Virus record (IMG/VR): IMGVR_UViG_3300032070_000613
Coordinates: 1-64,000 of that record
DNA: 64,000 nt
Source of the DNA: a virus
Reading direction: 5' to 3' (one strand)
The notes under the pieces were generated by a model. It saw nothing but the letters and a program-made list of their open reading frames with translations, was not told the DNA's origin and ran no database searches. Every line of letters begins with the position of its first letter. Positions within the stretch are counted from its first letter, which is position 1. A program made the translations under genes and the position numbers. Below, piece by piece: positions 19,623-29,462 of the stretch.

Positions 19623-19799
19623 ATGGAACGTGTAAATTTTCACCTCACTGATGGGGAGCGTAAAGGTCTGGAGCTGCTGTCGGAGCTCACTGGTATAAAA
19701 AAAGCGGAGCTGATCCGACGTGCGATCGATGAATATATTGAGAGGAAGAAGTGGCAGGGATGTACGGGTCTGGAGAAGTTTCAAGAGGTGCTGGCATGA
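19623..19799 (+). CDS. Ribbon-helix-helix protein (58 aa, not in the ORF track)
   Basis: MERVNFHLTDGERKGLELLSELTGIKKAELIRRAIDEYI...; ATGA overlap with the GT start at 19796. Confidence 0.75.
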   Translation: MERVNFHLTDGERKGLELLSELTGIKKAELIRRAIDEYIERKKWQGCTGLEKFQEVLA

Positions 19800-22700
19800 G
19801 TAAAGATAATCTCCTAGGCCTGAATATAATCGTCGGTGGTAAATCGGAGAAGGAGCTGGAGCGATGTCTCAAAAGCTGTACTCAGGGGGATTTGTTCGAT
19901 GAGATAGTAGTCACGCAGACATGGGAAGATGAGAATGTCCGTGCTGTAATAGAAAAGTATGGGGCGCGTAGAGAGTTTTTCGCCTGGAATGAGAATTTTT
20001 CCGATGCCCGTAATTATTCATTTGATAAGAGTACCACTACCTATATTTTATGGCTGGACAGTGATGACGAGATAAAACCCGCGGAATATCAGAAACTCCT
20101 GGAGCTCAAACCCAAAATTTCCAATTTTGATATAATCCTCATCGATTACGTGTATACCCATGATGAAAAAGACAACCCCGTACTAGTACTCCCCCGAGAG
20201 CGTATAGTCAGAAACTGTGAAAAGATTAAATGGCACGATCCTATCCATGAATATCTGAATATGGATGTCCCTCCGGAAAAGATTTTAAGGACTAAGATTA
20301 GAATCGAGCATTACAGGAGTAAGCCCTACGAACCTAGTAGAAATTTAGATGCTCTACGGAAAGCCTATGATGGCGGTAAATGCTCTCCTCGATTGAAATT
20401 TTATTTTGGAAAAGAGCTATCTGACTGTGGCTACTGGAATGAAGCTATCCCGATATTAGAGAAATACATTGAGGAGGCCGCGGATTTCAGAGATAATATG
20501 ACCGTGGCATGCATACGTTTATCAAAGTTTTACTATGATGGTAAGAATTATAGTGCAGCTAAAATATATGCCATGAAGGGCATCCGTTTCAATAGTATTT
20601 ATGCTGAGAACTACGTGACTCTCGGGACTATTTTTGAGATAGAGAATGATACTGAGTCGGCGGCCAGCTATTATAAAGAGGCTCTCACGAAGAAGCTGGA
20701 AGGCGGGATGTCTCAGATCGTCGATTTTTATGGGTTCATACCCGCGGCGAAACTCGCTCTCCTCTATTTCTCCAAAAAAGACTATGAGGAGTCTCTGAAA
20801 TACTGTGACCGGGCGCTGCAGCATAAGTCTGATAACGTACAGATCCAGGAACTCAAGAAAACGGTATCTATAGAGTTGGAGCGATCTAAAAAAGGGAGCA
20901 CGATACGAGATGAGGATATTTCGAAAATAAAAGAATTTTTTGAAGGTATCAATTTTAAAATGGATGTCCAGAAGAATAATCAGGAGTTCGCGGACATACG
21001 AGTCAGTCGTATTAAAAAACTCGATATAGTGTGGCTCATACCTACACTGGACCTCGACAATCCATCTATACGTATCCGCAGATATAATATCTCAAAAAAG
21101 CTGGAGGAGTCAAAGATATCCAGCAGGATTATTTCAAATTACTATGGTAAAAATGTTTATGAGATGAGGAATGAGGTAGGGGCTGCCTCGGTAGTCATAT
21201 TCACCCAGTATAGTAAATTTGATCTGGAGCTCATACGACATCTGAAGCCTCTCGGGATCAAGATAGTATTTGACCACTGTGAGGCCCTATTCGGATATCC
21301 TTTTGAGGGTGACTGTATGAAAGAGGCTGATCTCATAGTATGCTGCTCTACAAAACTGGAGGAGCTCACTAATAAGCAGGGACTATCGCGTACTGCGGTC
21401 CTGAAGGATGCCGTGGAAGAACGGACTCCTACTAATGAGATGGTATATGATTATCGGTATCCGAGACCTAGGGCCATTTTTTCCGGCATGGGAGGTAATG
21501 GCTTCCTTATTTCAGAATGGCTCAAGGACACTATTGAAAGTGCGGGTTATGATATCGTAATGATGACTGAGTGGGACAACTGTACGGTCCGATGGAACAA
21601 AGACACATGGCCTGATGAAATGATTAAATGTGATGTGGCTCTGTGCCCTCAGCGTGTGGATGTACAGCCCGCGAAGAGTAGTGTGAAAGCTACCACGGCG
21701 ATGGCGCTGGGGATGCCGGTGCTGGCGTCGCCTCTACAGGCGTATAAAGAGGTCATAGAGCATGGGAAAACTGGGTATATCTGTGATACCAAAGATCAAT
21801 GGTATGATGCTCTGATCAAATTAAAGGATGCCAGCCTGCGTAAGGAGATAGGTCTCGCAGCTAAAGAGGCTGTGAAAGGATACTCCCTCCAGAATATAGC
21901 CAAAGAGTGGCAGTCCACTCTGGAAGCTCTCATCAATGATAAATTGAAGTTCCCGGAGCCGGTAGAGGTAGAAAAGGTACCTGACCGTCAGCTGGTGGAT
22001 ATTATCATCGCTAACTATGGCAATGTCGAATATTTGAAGATGTGTGTCAGCTCTATCCTGATGAATACTCTATACCCGTTTCATGTTATCATCTCCGATG
22101 CGGGGAGTGATGAGAAAACCTGGGAGTATCTGCATACTTTAAAGGGGATCACGGTACTAGGTGAGCCAGGTAAACGTATGTCGTTTTCTGAGGCATGTAA
22201 TGCGGGGATCAAAGCATCTGCATCAAAATTCTTCTGTATCATGAATTCTGATGTCATAGTATCTAAGGGATGGCTCACGAATCTCGTAGATAAAATGGAG
22301 CATATAGACAGGCTGGCGGCATGTGGTGTTTTAAGTAACTGCGATAAAAGCTGGCTCCATAGCGTACCGGGTAAACCGGAGCTCCCTACGTATCCTATGA
22401 GGCTCGATAAGGCAGGGATAGAGCTAGTGCCTGGTATGAAGATAGAGACTATCCAGCCTCATGTAGAAGAGCTCTATGATTTCATGCGTAAATCTAATGA
22501 GACCTATAAGGGTAAATTTGTGAGGCAGCCCTGGATAGCGGCCTATGCCATGATTTTTGCCCGGTGTGCTATCGATGAGGTGGGTCTGTTTGATCCTCTG
22601 TATAAAAACGGATGTGAGGACTGGGATCTCTGTCAGCGTCTGTCTCGCTATGGATATGCTATCGGTCAGGCTATAGATGCTTTTGTTTTTCATTTCGGTG

Positions 22701-25105
22701 GGGTGACTAGAGGTAGCTATGAGGAGGAAAATAGGGAGTCTTATAAGAAAGAGGATATGGAGAATCACGTCAAAATGCGTCGGAAATGGGACAAAGAGCG
22801 TGTCGTGATATGGACGGGTCCTGCTTGGGAAAAATGGGACCGTGCTAAAGTAGATGAGGGTATGGCGGGATCAGAGACGTGGGCGGCATATCTGGCGCGG
22901 GAGTTTGTGAAGAAAGGATATCGTACGACTATCTACAATGATCTTCGTACAGATGATAAGACAAAGTCAGTACTGGATCCGGTGCACGATGCGGATGATA
23001 AACTGGTAGGAGAGGTGATTTATAGAGATCATACCAATTTATTAGCGGACATACAGTATGACGTAGTGGATTACTTTATATCGTCCAGATCTCTGGAGCC
23101 TTTAAAGAGTAACGTACATTCTTTGAAAAGCTATGTCATGATACACGACGTCTGGATTTCGGGGGACCCTGCTACGGATATCATGGCATGGCGTATACAG
23201 AAATATGCCTATCTGTCGGAGTGGCACAAACAGTTTCTAATGCAGCATCATAAGATGCCGGAAGATAAAATGTTTCTCACGGCTAATGGGGTAGACAATA
23301 CTTTATATGCGGACGTCGATCAATATCAGAAGAAAAATCAGACGGTATATAGCTCGAGTTTAGATAGGGGGCTGTATCAGTTTCTGAGGATGCTGCCGGA
23401 GATCAGGAAAGCTGTACCTGATTTTAAGGTGATAGTGTGTTATGGTATGTTAAACTGGGAGGAGAGTATAAAGGCTCGGAATGACACTCAGGCTATGGAG
23501 CTGCTCAATAAGATAAAGGCTCTGATGGAGCAGCCGGGTGTGGAGTATAGGGGTAGGGTCAGCAAGAAGGTTTTATCTGGTTTGCAGAAGGAATCCAAGG
23601 TATTCTTATTTCCGTCCTGGTTCTCGGAAACATTCTGTTGTCATCCAGAAAATGAAATATTTACTGAAAACGGGCCTAAGAGGATTGTATCTTTGAACAT
23701 AGTTGATAAGGTACTTACTCATAACAACAGATTTAGGAACATAACCAAGATATTATCAAGGCCGTATTCTGGGGATCTTATTAAGTTTAATGTGCAAAAC
23801 CACAAAGCAGGGACTGGGATGTACACCCCTGAGCATCCGATATTGATTTTAAGAGGAAGTAATGTTTCTAGATTAAGACGTAACAGGAGTTTCATTAAAT
23901 TAGGAAGACGTTCAGACTATTCTCCTGAGAGCGTTAAAAGATTTAACAGAGAGCCAGAGTGGGTTGAAGCAGGAGATGTTATAGCTGGGGATTATGTATG
24001 TATGCCATACTGTGATGATCGTAGCCCAGATGATTGGTTTTATCCTTTGGAGGATATGAAAAAAGTCAATAGAAATTACAAGATAGTAGGAGAGCACATA
24101 ATAAGTAGGGAGTCAAAAATTTTCAAAAGATTACCTGCTAAGATAAAAATGGATCATGACTTTGCGAGATTTCTTGGCTTTTATTTCTCTGAGGGATGCT
24201 TTAGCGGCGGATGCGTTAAATTCTCATTTAACACAAAAGAAGTAGATTATATTAATTTTGTATCATCTTATGTGGAGAGGGCTTTTGGAGTTAAACCTAA
24301 AATAAAAAACAGAGGAAATTGGGTTGAAATATGGTGTTACATGAATTCTATGGGTATTCTTTTGAAAGAGTTGTGTGGACATGAGGCTTCTCAAAAGAAA
24401 GTCCCTTATTTCATGTATCGGCAGGACAAAAGTTTTGTGAGAGAATTTGTGCGAGCTGTGTTTGAAGGTGACGGTCATGAGAACAAAAATGAATTTACAA
24501 TGGTTTTGGCAACAAAAAAAGGAATGGTAGGTCTTAAAATACTGGCAGCTAGTTTAGGTCTTCACCCTAGCTACAGGAATTCTCCACGTTTTGGAAGAGA
24601 CTATTATACAATGGGTATTAGCAAGAAATTATGGAGTGATTTTTTTATAGGGAAAAAAGAGTACGGCTTAAAAGGTACCTATAGGGTCTATTTTGAAAGG
24701 GACTCAAAAATTTTCTATAAAGTTAAAAGTGTTGATAGAGTGCCTTACGTTGGGCTTGTGTATAATTTAGAAGTGGAAGAAGATCAGTCGTATACATCAG
24801 ATTTTATCGCTGTCCATAATTGCTGCACTTCGGTCGAGGCGGGATTGTCTAAAAACCCTATACTCTCCACTGACTTCGCGGGGCTCAAGACTACAGTAGG
24901 GTCTGCGGGGATATTGCTACCTCATGAGGGCATATCTCGTGATTTGGACTATCCTGATACATATAAACGTAGGTTCATTGAGGAGTCTATACGGCTACTC
25001 AAGGATGAAGATTATCGTAATGAGTGGGCTGCCAAGGCCTACAACAAGATGCAGGCCTATAGATGGGATAAGATCGCTGAGGGTTGGATAGCTCAGTTCA
25101 AGTAG
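19796..25105 (+). CDS. Multi-domain glycosyltransferase (GT2-TPR-GT4-GT2-GT4) containing an intein
   Basis: GT2: FSDARN, WLDSDD, IHE; TPR helices; GT-B: AMALGMPVLAS; second GT2: SDAGS, MNSDV, EDWD; final GT-B ETF..TSVEA split by the intein. Confidence 0.85.
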   Translation: MSKDNLLGLNIIVGGKSEKELERCLKSCTQGDLFDEIVVTQTWEDENVRAVIEKYGARREFFAWNENFSDARNYSFDKSTTTYILWLDSDDEIKPAEYQKLLELKPKISNFDIILIDYVYTHDEKDNPVLVLPRERIVRNCEKIKWHDPIHEYLNMDVPPEKILRTKIRIEHYRSKPYEPSRNLDALRKAYDGGKCSPRLKFYFGKELSDCGYWNEAIPILEKYIEEAADFRDNMTVACIRLSKFYYDGKNYSAAKIYAMKGIRFNSIYAENYVTLGTIFEIENDTESAASYYKEALTKKLEGGMSQIVDFYGFIPAAKLALLYFSKKDYEESLKYCDRALQHKSDNVQIQELKKTVSIELERSKKGSTIRDEDISKIKEFFEGINFKMDVQKNNQEFADIRVSRIKKLDIVWLIPTLDLDNPSIRIRRYNISKKLEESKISSRIISNYYGKNVYEMRNEVGAASVVIFTQYSKFDLELIRHLKPLGIKIVFDHCEALFGYPFEGDCMKEADLIVCCSTKLEELTNKQGLSRTAVLKDAVEERTPTNEMVYDYRYPRPRAIFSGMGGNGFLISEWLKDTIESAGYDIVMMTEWDNCTVRWNKDTWPDEMIKCDVALCPQRVDVQPAKSSVKATTAMALGMPVLASPLQAYKEVIEHGKTGYICDTKDQWYDALIKLKDASLRKEIGLAAKEAVKGYSLQNIAKEWQSTLEALINDKLKFPEPVEVEKVPDRQLVDIIIANYGNVEYLKMCVSSILMNTLYPFHVIISDAGSDEKTWEYLHTLKGITVLGEPGKRMSFSEACNAGIKASASKFFCIMNSDVIVSKGWLTNLVDKMEHIDRLAACGVLSNCDKSWLHSVPGKPELPTYPMRLDKAGIELVPGMKIETIQPHVEELYDFMRKSNETYKGKFVRQPWIAAYAMIFARCAIDEVGLFDPLYKNGCEDWDLCQRLSRYGYAIGQAIDAFVFHFGGVTRGSYEEENRESYKKEDMENHVKMRRKWDKERVVIWTGPAWEKWDRAKVDEGMAGSETWAAYLAREFVKKGYRTTIYNDLRTDDKTKSVLDPVHDADDKLVGEVIYRDHTNLLADIQYDVVDYFISSRSLEPLKSNVHSLKSYVMIHDVWISGDPATDIMAWRIQKYAYLSEWHKQFLMQHHKMPEDKMFLTANGVDNTLYADVDQYQKKNQTVYSSSLDRGLYQFLRMLPEIRKAVPDFKVIVCYGMLNWEESIKARNDTQAMELLNKIKALMEQPGVEYRGRVSKKVLSGLQKESKVFLFPSWFSETFCCHPENEIFTENGPKRIVSLNIVDKVLTHNNRFRNITKILSRPYSGDLIKFNVQNHKAGTGMYTPEHPILILRGSNVSRLRRNRSFIKLGRRSDYSPESVKRFNREPEWVEAGDVIAGDYVCMPYCDDRSPDDWFYPLEDMKKVNRNYKIVGEHIISRESKIFKRLPAKIKMDHDFARFLGFYFSEGCFSGGCVKFSFNTKEVDYINFVSSYVERAFGVKPKIKNRGNWVEIWCYMNSMGILLKELCGHEASQKKVPYFMYRQDKSFVREFVRAVFEGDGHENKNEFTMVLATKKGMVGLKILAASLGLHPSYRNSPRFGRDYYTMGISKKLWSDFFIGKKEYGLKGTYRVYFERDSKIFYKVKSVDRVPYVGLVYNLEVEEDQSYTSDFIAVHNCCTSVEAGLSKNPILSTDFAGLKTTVGSAGILLPHEGISRDLDYPDTYKRRFIEESIRLLKDEDYRNEWAAKAYNKMQAYRWDKIAEGWIAQFK
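23636..24820 (+). mobile_element. Intein with LAGLIDADG endonuclease (395 aa)
   Basis: Starts CCHPENEIF, block B TPEHP, FLGFYFSEG and VFEGDG, ends VYNLEV...VHN followed by Cys; splicing restores ETFCCTSVEA. Confidence 0.9.
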
Positions 25106-25161
25106 GGTGTAGAAACTCCTATGGTTTTCAGAGGCCTGGAAGATAGTATCTCCCAGGCCTT

Positions 25162-25177
25162 TAATATTCTCTTAATA
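25162..25177 (+). promoter_or_regulatory. Phage promoter motif TAATATTCTCTTAATA, just after a terminator-like hairpin (~25133-25162)
   Basis: Motif copy. Confidence 0.65.
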
Positions 25178-25232
25178 AAATATCGTACACTGTTTGGTGT
25201 GGGTGCGTAATTCAACAGACAGGAGAAACATT

Positions 25233-25445
25233 ATGCCATCACAATTCGACACAGCCGGTATGCCGAGCCTCACCCAGAATGAGCCCGTATCAGGTGGCCT
25301 CCAGGACACTAAAAGAGGTAACCCACTAGGAGACAGAGTCGAGAATACCGCGGGTGACAACCCGATCGATCCTAAGGCCCAGGGACTGAGCTCCAATATG
25401 GGTGCTGATTTGAATATGCAAGCGAGACCCAGCTGGCTTTATTAG
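25233..25445 (+). CDS. Small hypothetical protein
   Basis: AGGAG RBS before ATG 25233. Confidence 0.55.
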   Translation: MPSQFDTAGMPSLTQNEPVSGGLQDTKRGNPLGDRVENTAGDNPIDPKAQGLSSNMGADLNMQARPSWLY

Positions 25446-25544
25446 TTAAAATGATAATAATCAATTAATATGCTGATATGAATAGAAGCTCCTGACGGAG
25501 CATTTATTATACAACAACACCAGTAATCCTAAGGAGGATGTATT

Positions 25545-26009
25545 ATGGCAGTAGCGACTCTGACAGTTAAATATTTCGGCACCAACGTCGGGAAAATCTA
25601 TCTATCCGATATAGATAGACGTCATCAGCTCGGTGGGGCCCCCGAGGGTGGGAACTACAAAGCTGGTCAGGATGAGTTTATGACATGGGGAGAAGTCAAA
25701 GTCCTGCAGATCACAGATGATGTGCTCTATAGCAGACTCAATGGCGTCCTCAACTATTTCTCGACAGAAGCCAGCTCGATCATTTTCAAGAGCAACGGTG
25801 CACCGCTGACGCTCGTCGATGCTACAGACACTGTAGCGAATGAAGTACCTCGCGGTGACTATGCGAATACCGGTCTGTTTGATGACAGATTCATCAACAA
25901 CGTCCTGGCTGGAAACTACAGCACAGGCGTCAAAGGTACTCTCGGGACAGGGTATACGGGATACTATGTCGCAGGCGACACCGGTTACAATTACGGAAAT
26001 GTGCTCTAA
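25545..26009 (+). CDS. Hypothetical virion protein with C-terminal GxTG motifs
   Basis: AAGGAGG RBS; preceded by promoter motif 25455-25470; followed by a terminator. Confidence 0.6.
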   Translation: MAVATLTVKYFGTNVGKIYLSDIDRRHQLGGAPEGGNYKAGQDEFMTWGEVKVLQITDDVLYSRLNGVLNYFSTEASSIIFKSNGAPLTLVDATDTVANEVPRGDYANTGLFDDRFINNVLAGNYSTGVKGTLGTGYTGYYVAGDTGYNYGNVL

Positions 26010-26032
26010 TCCGTAAGATGTACTCGTTTTGA

Positions 26033-26077
26033 TAAAAGGTTGCCGAGGTTGAGAACCACAACCTCGGCAATTTTTAT
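26033..26077 (+). terminator. Intrinsic terminator
   Basis: TTGCCGAGGTTG-loop-CAACCTCGGCAA-TTTTT. Confidence 0.8.
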
Positions 26078-26147
26078 ATATAGCAAATAAAATCCAAATA
26101 GTAGAAAATACTGAGTTTTTAAATATATAAATAATATGGAGGATGAA

Positions 26148-26435
26148 ATGGCAGATAATCTACACGGTGATCTGATATGCACAAAAGACGGATATAAAAC
26201 ATGTGACCTCTATCTGGCGGCTTTCTTTGCTACCAGCGGATGTAAAATAAAAAACACCACCCGGGATCTGAAGAAAGTATATTTTTTCTTTGAAAATTCC
26301 GAGATCATTGAAAAATTGAAATCAGCCTATTTTCTCAGGCAGGGTAGTATCGACGCCCTATCCTACGCGGATAATGTCAAATCATTAAAAAGTCTGTGCG
26401 CGAGCATAATCGGCAATGAAATAAAGAAGATCTGA
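26148..26435 (+). CDS. Small DUF5659-like protein
   Basis: DLYLAAFF..G...VYFFFE pattern; GGAGG before ATG 26148. Confidence 0.5.
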   Translation: MADNLHGDLICTKDGYKTCDLYLAAFFATSGCKIKNTTRDLKKVYFFFENSEIIEKLKSAYFLRQGSIDALSYADNVKSLKSLCASIIGNEIKKI

Positions 26436-26450
26436 GAAGGACGACACACC

Positions 26451-26663
26451 ATGGATATTTTTCAAGGCAGCATAGGGACCATATCCCCGGCTATGGGCAA
26501 CTACGACCTCCAGGTCTATATAAATATAGATAAACAGACGGCAGGGGTGACTGGGATAGGTGAGACGGGTACCGGGACTCTGGAGCCTGTGAAATGGGAT
26601 ATAGGAGTGACGGGGATCCAGAGCGCTAATTTCACCAACACTAAACATGGGTTTTTCGCATGA
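26451..26663 (+). CDS. Small protein with GVTG motifs
   Basis: GVTGIGETG...GVTGIQ; coupled to the next gene. Confidence 0.55.
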   Translation: MDIFQGSIGTISPAMGNYDLQVYINIDKQTAGVTGIGETGTGTLEPVKWDIGVTGIQSANFTNTKHGFFA

Positions 26664-27133
26664 TGAAAGTATCTGTAGTAGCGGCTATGAAGCAGAAGGC
26701 CGCTGAAAATTTCAAGCTAAAAGACGTCTCTTTTATAGATTTCGAATCTATCGACATGGAAGAGATGAGTAAGGTCATTACTGAGGCCGATCTCCAGGAA
26801 TTTTCGGCTACTGTAGAAGTCTCAGCCAACCTCCTCATAACCTACGAAGGAGTCCCTCCAGATAGCTACAGAGTCCTCAATAGCATGCTGCAGGACTGGG
26901 TGGATGATCATGATGAGGATTTGAAAAAGATCATTAATCCTAAACTGATACCTTTTTTAAAAGAGCACTATAAAGATGTCGATGTCAGTGACCTGAAAGA
27001 GGATTTTGATGACTATATCTGGGAGGACCAGGTAGATTATATGCCGGAGATTAATGAGGATAAAAAAGAGATACGTTTTATGGTGGAGCTGGTCCTAGAG
27101 GTGGAAGAATCCGAGGACGGTGACGAAGACTAA
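26660..27133 (+). CDS. Acidic hypothetical protein
   Basis: ATGA-coupled ORF. Confidence 0.6.
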   Translation: MMKVSVVAAMKQKAAENFKLKDVSFIDFESIDMEEMSKVITEADLQEFSATVEVSANLLITYEGVPPDSYRVLNSMLQDWVDDHDEDLKKIINPKLIPFLKEHYKDVDVSDLKEDFDDYIWEDQVDYMPEINEDKKEIRFMVELVLEVEESEDGDED

Positions 27134-27164
27134 AGAATGGCGTTTCTGTTAGGTGATAGGTGGA

Positions 27165-27202
27165 CGATAGGACCGGTCTGAAAAGATCGGTCCTATTGTT
27201 TT
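27165..27202. terminator. Terminator between convergent units
   Basis: GATAGGACCGGTC-tgaaaa-GATCGGTCCTATT-GTTTT. Confidence 0.7.
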
Positions 27203-27204
27203 AT

Positions 27205-28470
27205 GCTCCTGTGAGCGAGAAAACCCACGGTTTTAACCGTGGGATGAAAGCGAACCAGTACTATCTATTAAAAATAGTCACACTCTTTGTGCAAAATGTA
27301 GTATATTACCTCTAATGCGCAAAACTTTCAAATACCGATTATACCCAACCAAACTTCAAACCACCAAGATGAGTAATATCTTGGAACAAACTCGTTGGGT
27401 ATACAATGAAACTCTTGCACTCAGAAAAAACGCCTGGGAAATTGAAAAGAAATCTATATCCCTTTATGATACAGCTAATAAACTTCCTGAATGGAAAGCC
27501 AATAAACCTGAGCTGAGTGACGTGTATTCTCAGGTACTTCAGAATGCCCAGATACGCGTAGATCTTGCTTTCAAAGCTTTTTGGAGACGCTGTAAATCTG
27601 GGGAGAACCCTGGTTTCCCTCGTTTTAAGGGAAAAGGCTGGTACGATTCTATCACCTACCCTCAGTCTGGATTCAGACTTCACTCTGACGGAGTCTACCT
27701 CTCTAAAATAGACCGAGTTCCTATTGTTTTTCATAGACCTCTTGAGGGTACCATCAAAACCTGTACAGTTAAAAAGGCTCCTACCGGAAAATGGTTTGTG
27801 TATTTCTCTTGTGAGGTAGAGAGACCAAGACCACTTCCAAAAACTGAGAAAATAGTTGGAATTGATCTTGGACTTCTCACCTACGTTCAATGTTCTGATG
27901 GAGCTAAAATTGATAAGCCTCGCTTTTTCAAACTTGAGCAAGAGGCTCTTGCTCAAGTTCAAAAGCGTTTCTCTAAAAACAAGAGCCCCAAAAATAAGTA
28001 TTCTGTAGCTTTTGTACATGAGAGAATCAGAAACAAGAGAGAGGACTTTTGTCACAAGGCCTCTAAATCCCTTGTTGATAAATACGATTTTATCGCTCAT
28101 GAAGACCTGAACGTGAAAGATATGTTGGAGCAGAAGAAATTCAGTAAGAGTATCTCTGATGCTGCCTGGAGTACACTGATACAGTTTCTGATCTACAAAG
28201 CTGAAAACGCTGGTAGAATCAGAGTAGCAGTTAATCCAAGAGGGACCTCTCAGAGATGCTCTCAGTGTGGGACTGAGATGAGTAAAAATTTGAGTGTCAG
28301 AGTACATCATTGTCCTCACTGCGGTTTCAAAACGAGCAGAGATTTAAACTCTGCGTTAGAGATCCTCAGACTCGGGCTGGAGTCTGTTGAGCGACCAGGG
28401 CCTCGCCGTAAGGCGAAAGCACCGGTGAGGGCTCATGGAAGCCCACGACTTTAGTCGTGGGAGCAGTCAC
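27205..28470 (+). mobile_element. Non-autonomous IS200/IS605 (IS1341-type) element
   Basis: Left hairpin CCCACGGttttaaCCGTGGG preceded by AAAA, target TTAT; right hairpin CCCACGActttagTCGTGGG preceded by GAAG, ends TCAC; no tnpA. Confidence 0.85.
27315..28454 (+). CDS. tnpB: RNA-guided endonuclease TnpB
   Basis: KYRLYPT N-terminus, GIDLG, HEDL, CSQC..CPHC, RDLN; RuvC D-E-D triad intact. Confidence 0.95.
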   Translation: MRKTFKYRLYPTKLQTTKMSNILEQTRWVYNETLALRKNAWEIEKKSISLYDTANKLPEWKANKPELSDVYSQVLQNAQIRVDLAFKAFWRRCKSGENPGFPRFKGKGWYDSITYPQSGFRLHSDGVYLSKIDRVPIVFHRPLEGTIKTCTVKKAPTGKWFVYFSCEVERPRPLPKTEKIVGIDLGLLTYVQCSDGAKIDKPRFFKLEQEALAQVQKRFSKNKSPKNKYSVAFVHERIRNKREDFCHKASKSLVDKYDFIAHEDLNVKDMLEQKKFSKSISDAAWSTLIQFLIYKAENAGRIRVAVNPRGTSQRCSQCGTEMSKNLSVRVHHCPHCGFKTSRDLNSALEILRLGLESVERPGPRRKAKAPVRAHGSPRL

Positions 28471-28692
28471 GGCTTTGGGATCATGGCAATGGATAGCGTC
28501 ACATTCGTTGATCCTGGCAAAATCAGCAAAGGATTTTATTTTTTGCTCTATTTTTTCAGGTTCACTCTCATACATGACTGTTTCACAGATATATCGGGCG
28601 GTAGCTCCTTCAGGAGCATAAACATATTGATCTGAATTCTTCTCTATGATCACTGCATCCCGGAGTTCTCTTATTTGATTTTTTGTATACAT
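28471..28692 (-). pseudogene. MYTK-family paralogue 3; 3' end interrupted by the IS
   Basis: MYTKNQIRELRD start; reads into the IS right end after DPKA. Confidence 0.65.
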
Positions 28693-28696
28693 AAAT

Positions 28697-29014
28697 TTAA
28701 AATTGACGTAAACGCCATTTGGCTACTGTTTCTAGAGCATCATTGATGTGGAGCGGGGCTATTGAAATGTCTCCAAAAAGCAAATCATAAGCTAGTTTAT
28801 AATTGGTTTCGTCATTTGAGTGTGGTTCATAGGATAGTTTTATTCTGGCATAGGTTTTCATGCTATTTTCTATTTTAGCTGAATCACTCTCATATATTAT
28901 GTTGTCGAGAATATGCTGGGCGGTTTTACCAAATATAGAGCCTATATAAAGGTCCGAATTCTGCTCTTTAAGCATCATGTCCCGGAGTTCTTTTATTTGA
29001 TTTTTTGTGTACAT
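28697..29014 (-). CDS. MYTK-family paralogue 2
   Basis: Ends AYDLLFGDISIAPLHIND...WRL. Confidence 0.75.
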   Translation of the reverse strand: MYTKNQIKELRDMMLKEQNSDLYIGSIFGKTAQHILDNIIYESDSAKIENSMKTYARIKLSYEPHSNDETNYKLAYDLLFGDISIAPLHINDALETVAKWRLRQF

Positions 29015-29346
29015 AAATTATCTACCGGGGAGTTAGGATTTTTAAGCCTCCATATAGAGATAATTTCAAAAATGTCATTAAGATGTAGCGGCACTATGGA
29101 TATGTCCCCAAATAACAAATTATATGCTAGCACATAGTCTATTTCTTCAGGGGAAACATATATATCTTTTACGCGTTCAGCAGAAGAAGTAATACTGTTT
29201 TTAAAGTCCTCCGGTTCGTTGTAAATCATGAGAGAATTATAGATATAATCAAAAGTAGCCCACCCAGAGCTGAAGTCTGAAGGATATTTGCTTCTCTTTT
29301 CAATCAAGAGCTCTCTCAGATTACATAGATCTTTTTTTGTGTACAT
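28993..29346 (-). CDS. MYTK-family paralogue 1
   Basis: GGAGGTG RBS; AYNLLFGDISIVPLHLND...WRL. Confidence 0.75.
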   Translation of the reverse strand: MYTKKDLCNLRELLIEKRSKYPSDFSSGWATFDYIYNSLMIYNEPEDFKNSITSSAERVKDIYVSPEEIDYVLAYNLLFGDISIVPLHLNDIFEIISIWRLKNPNSPVDNLCTQKIK

Positions 29347-29363
29347 ATTATCACCTCCACTAT

Positions 29364-29392
29364 AATATACTATTTTAAAACGAATAAATCAA
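29364..29392 (-). promoter_or_regulatory. sigma70-like promoter
   Basis: TTGATT-N17-TATATT upstream of the MYTK array. Confidence 0.7.
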
Positions 29393-29399
29393 GGAATAG

Positions 29400-29415
29400 T
29401 AATATCCTTTTAATA
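29400..29415 (+). promoter_or_regulatory. Phage promoter motif TAATATCCTTTTAATA
   Basis: Motif copy, divergent from the sigma70-like promoter. Confidence 0.6.
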
Positions 29416-29462
29416 CCGCGTGCTTATTGGTGGTACTATATCTATGGATAGGGGTTTTTTCT

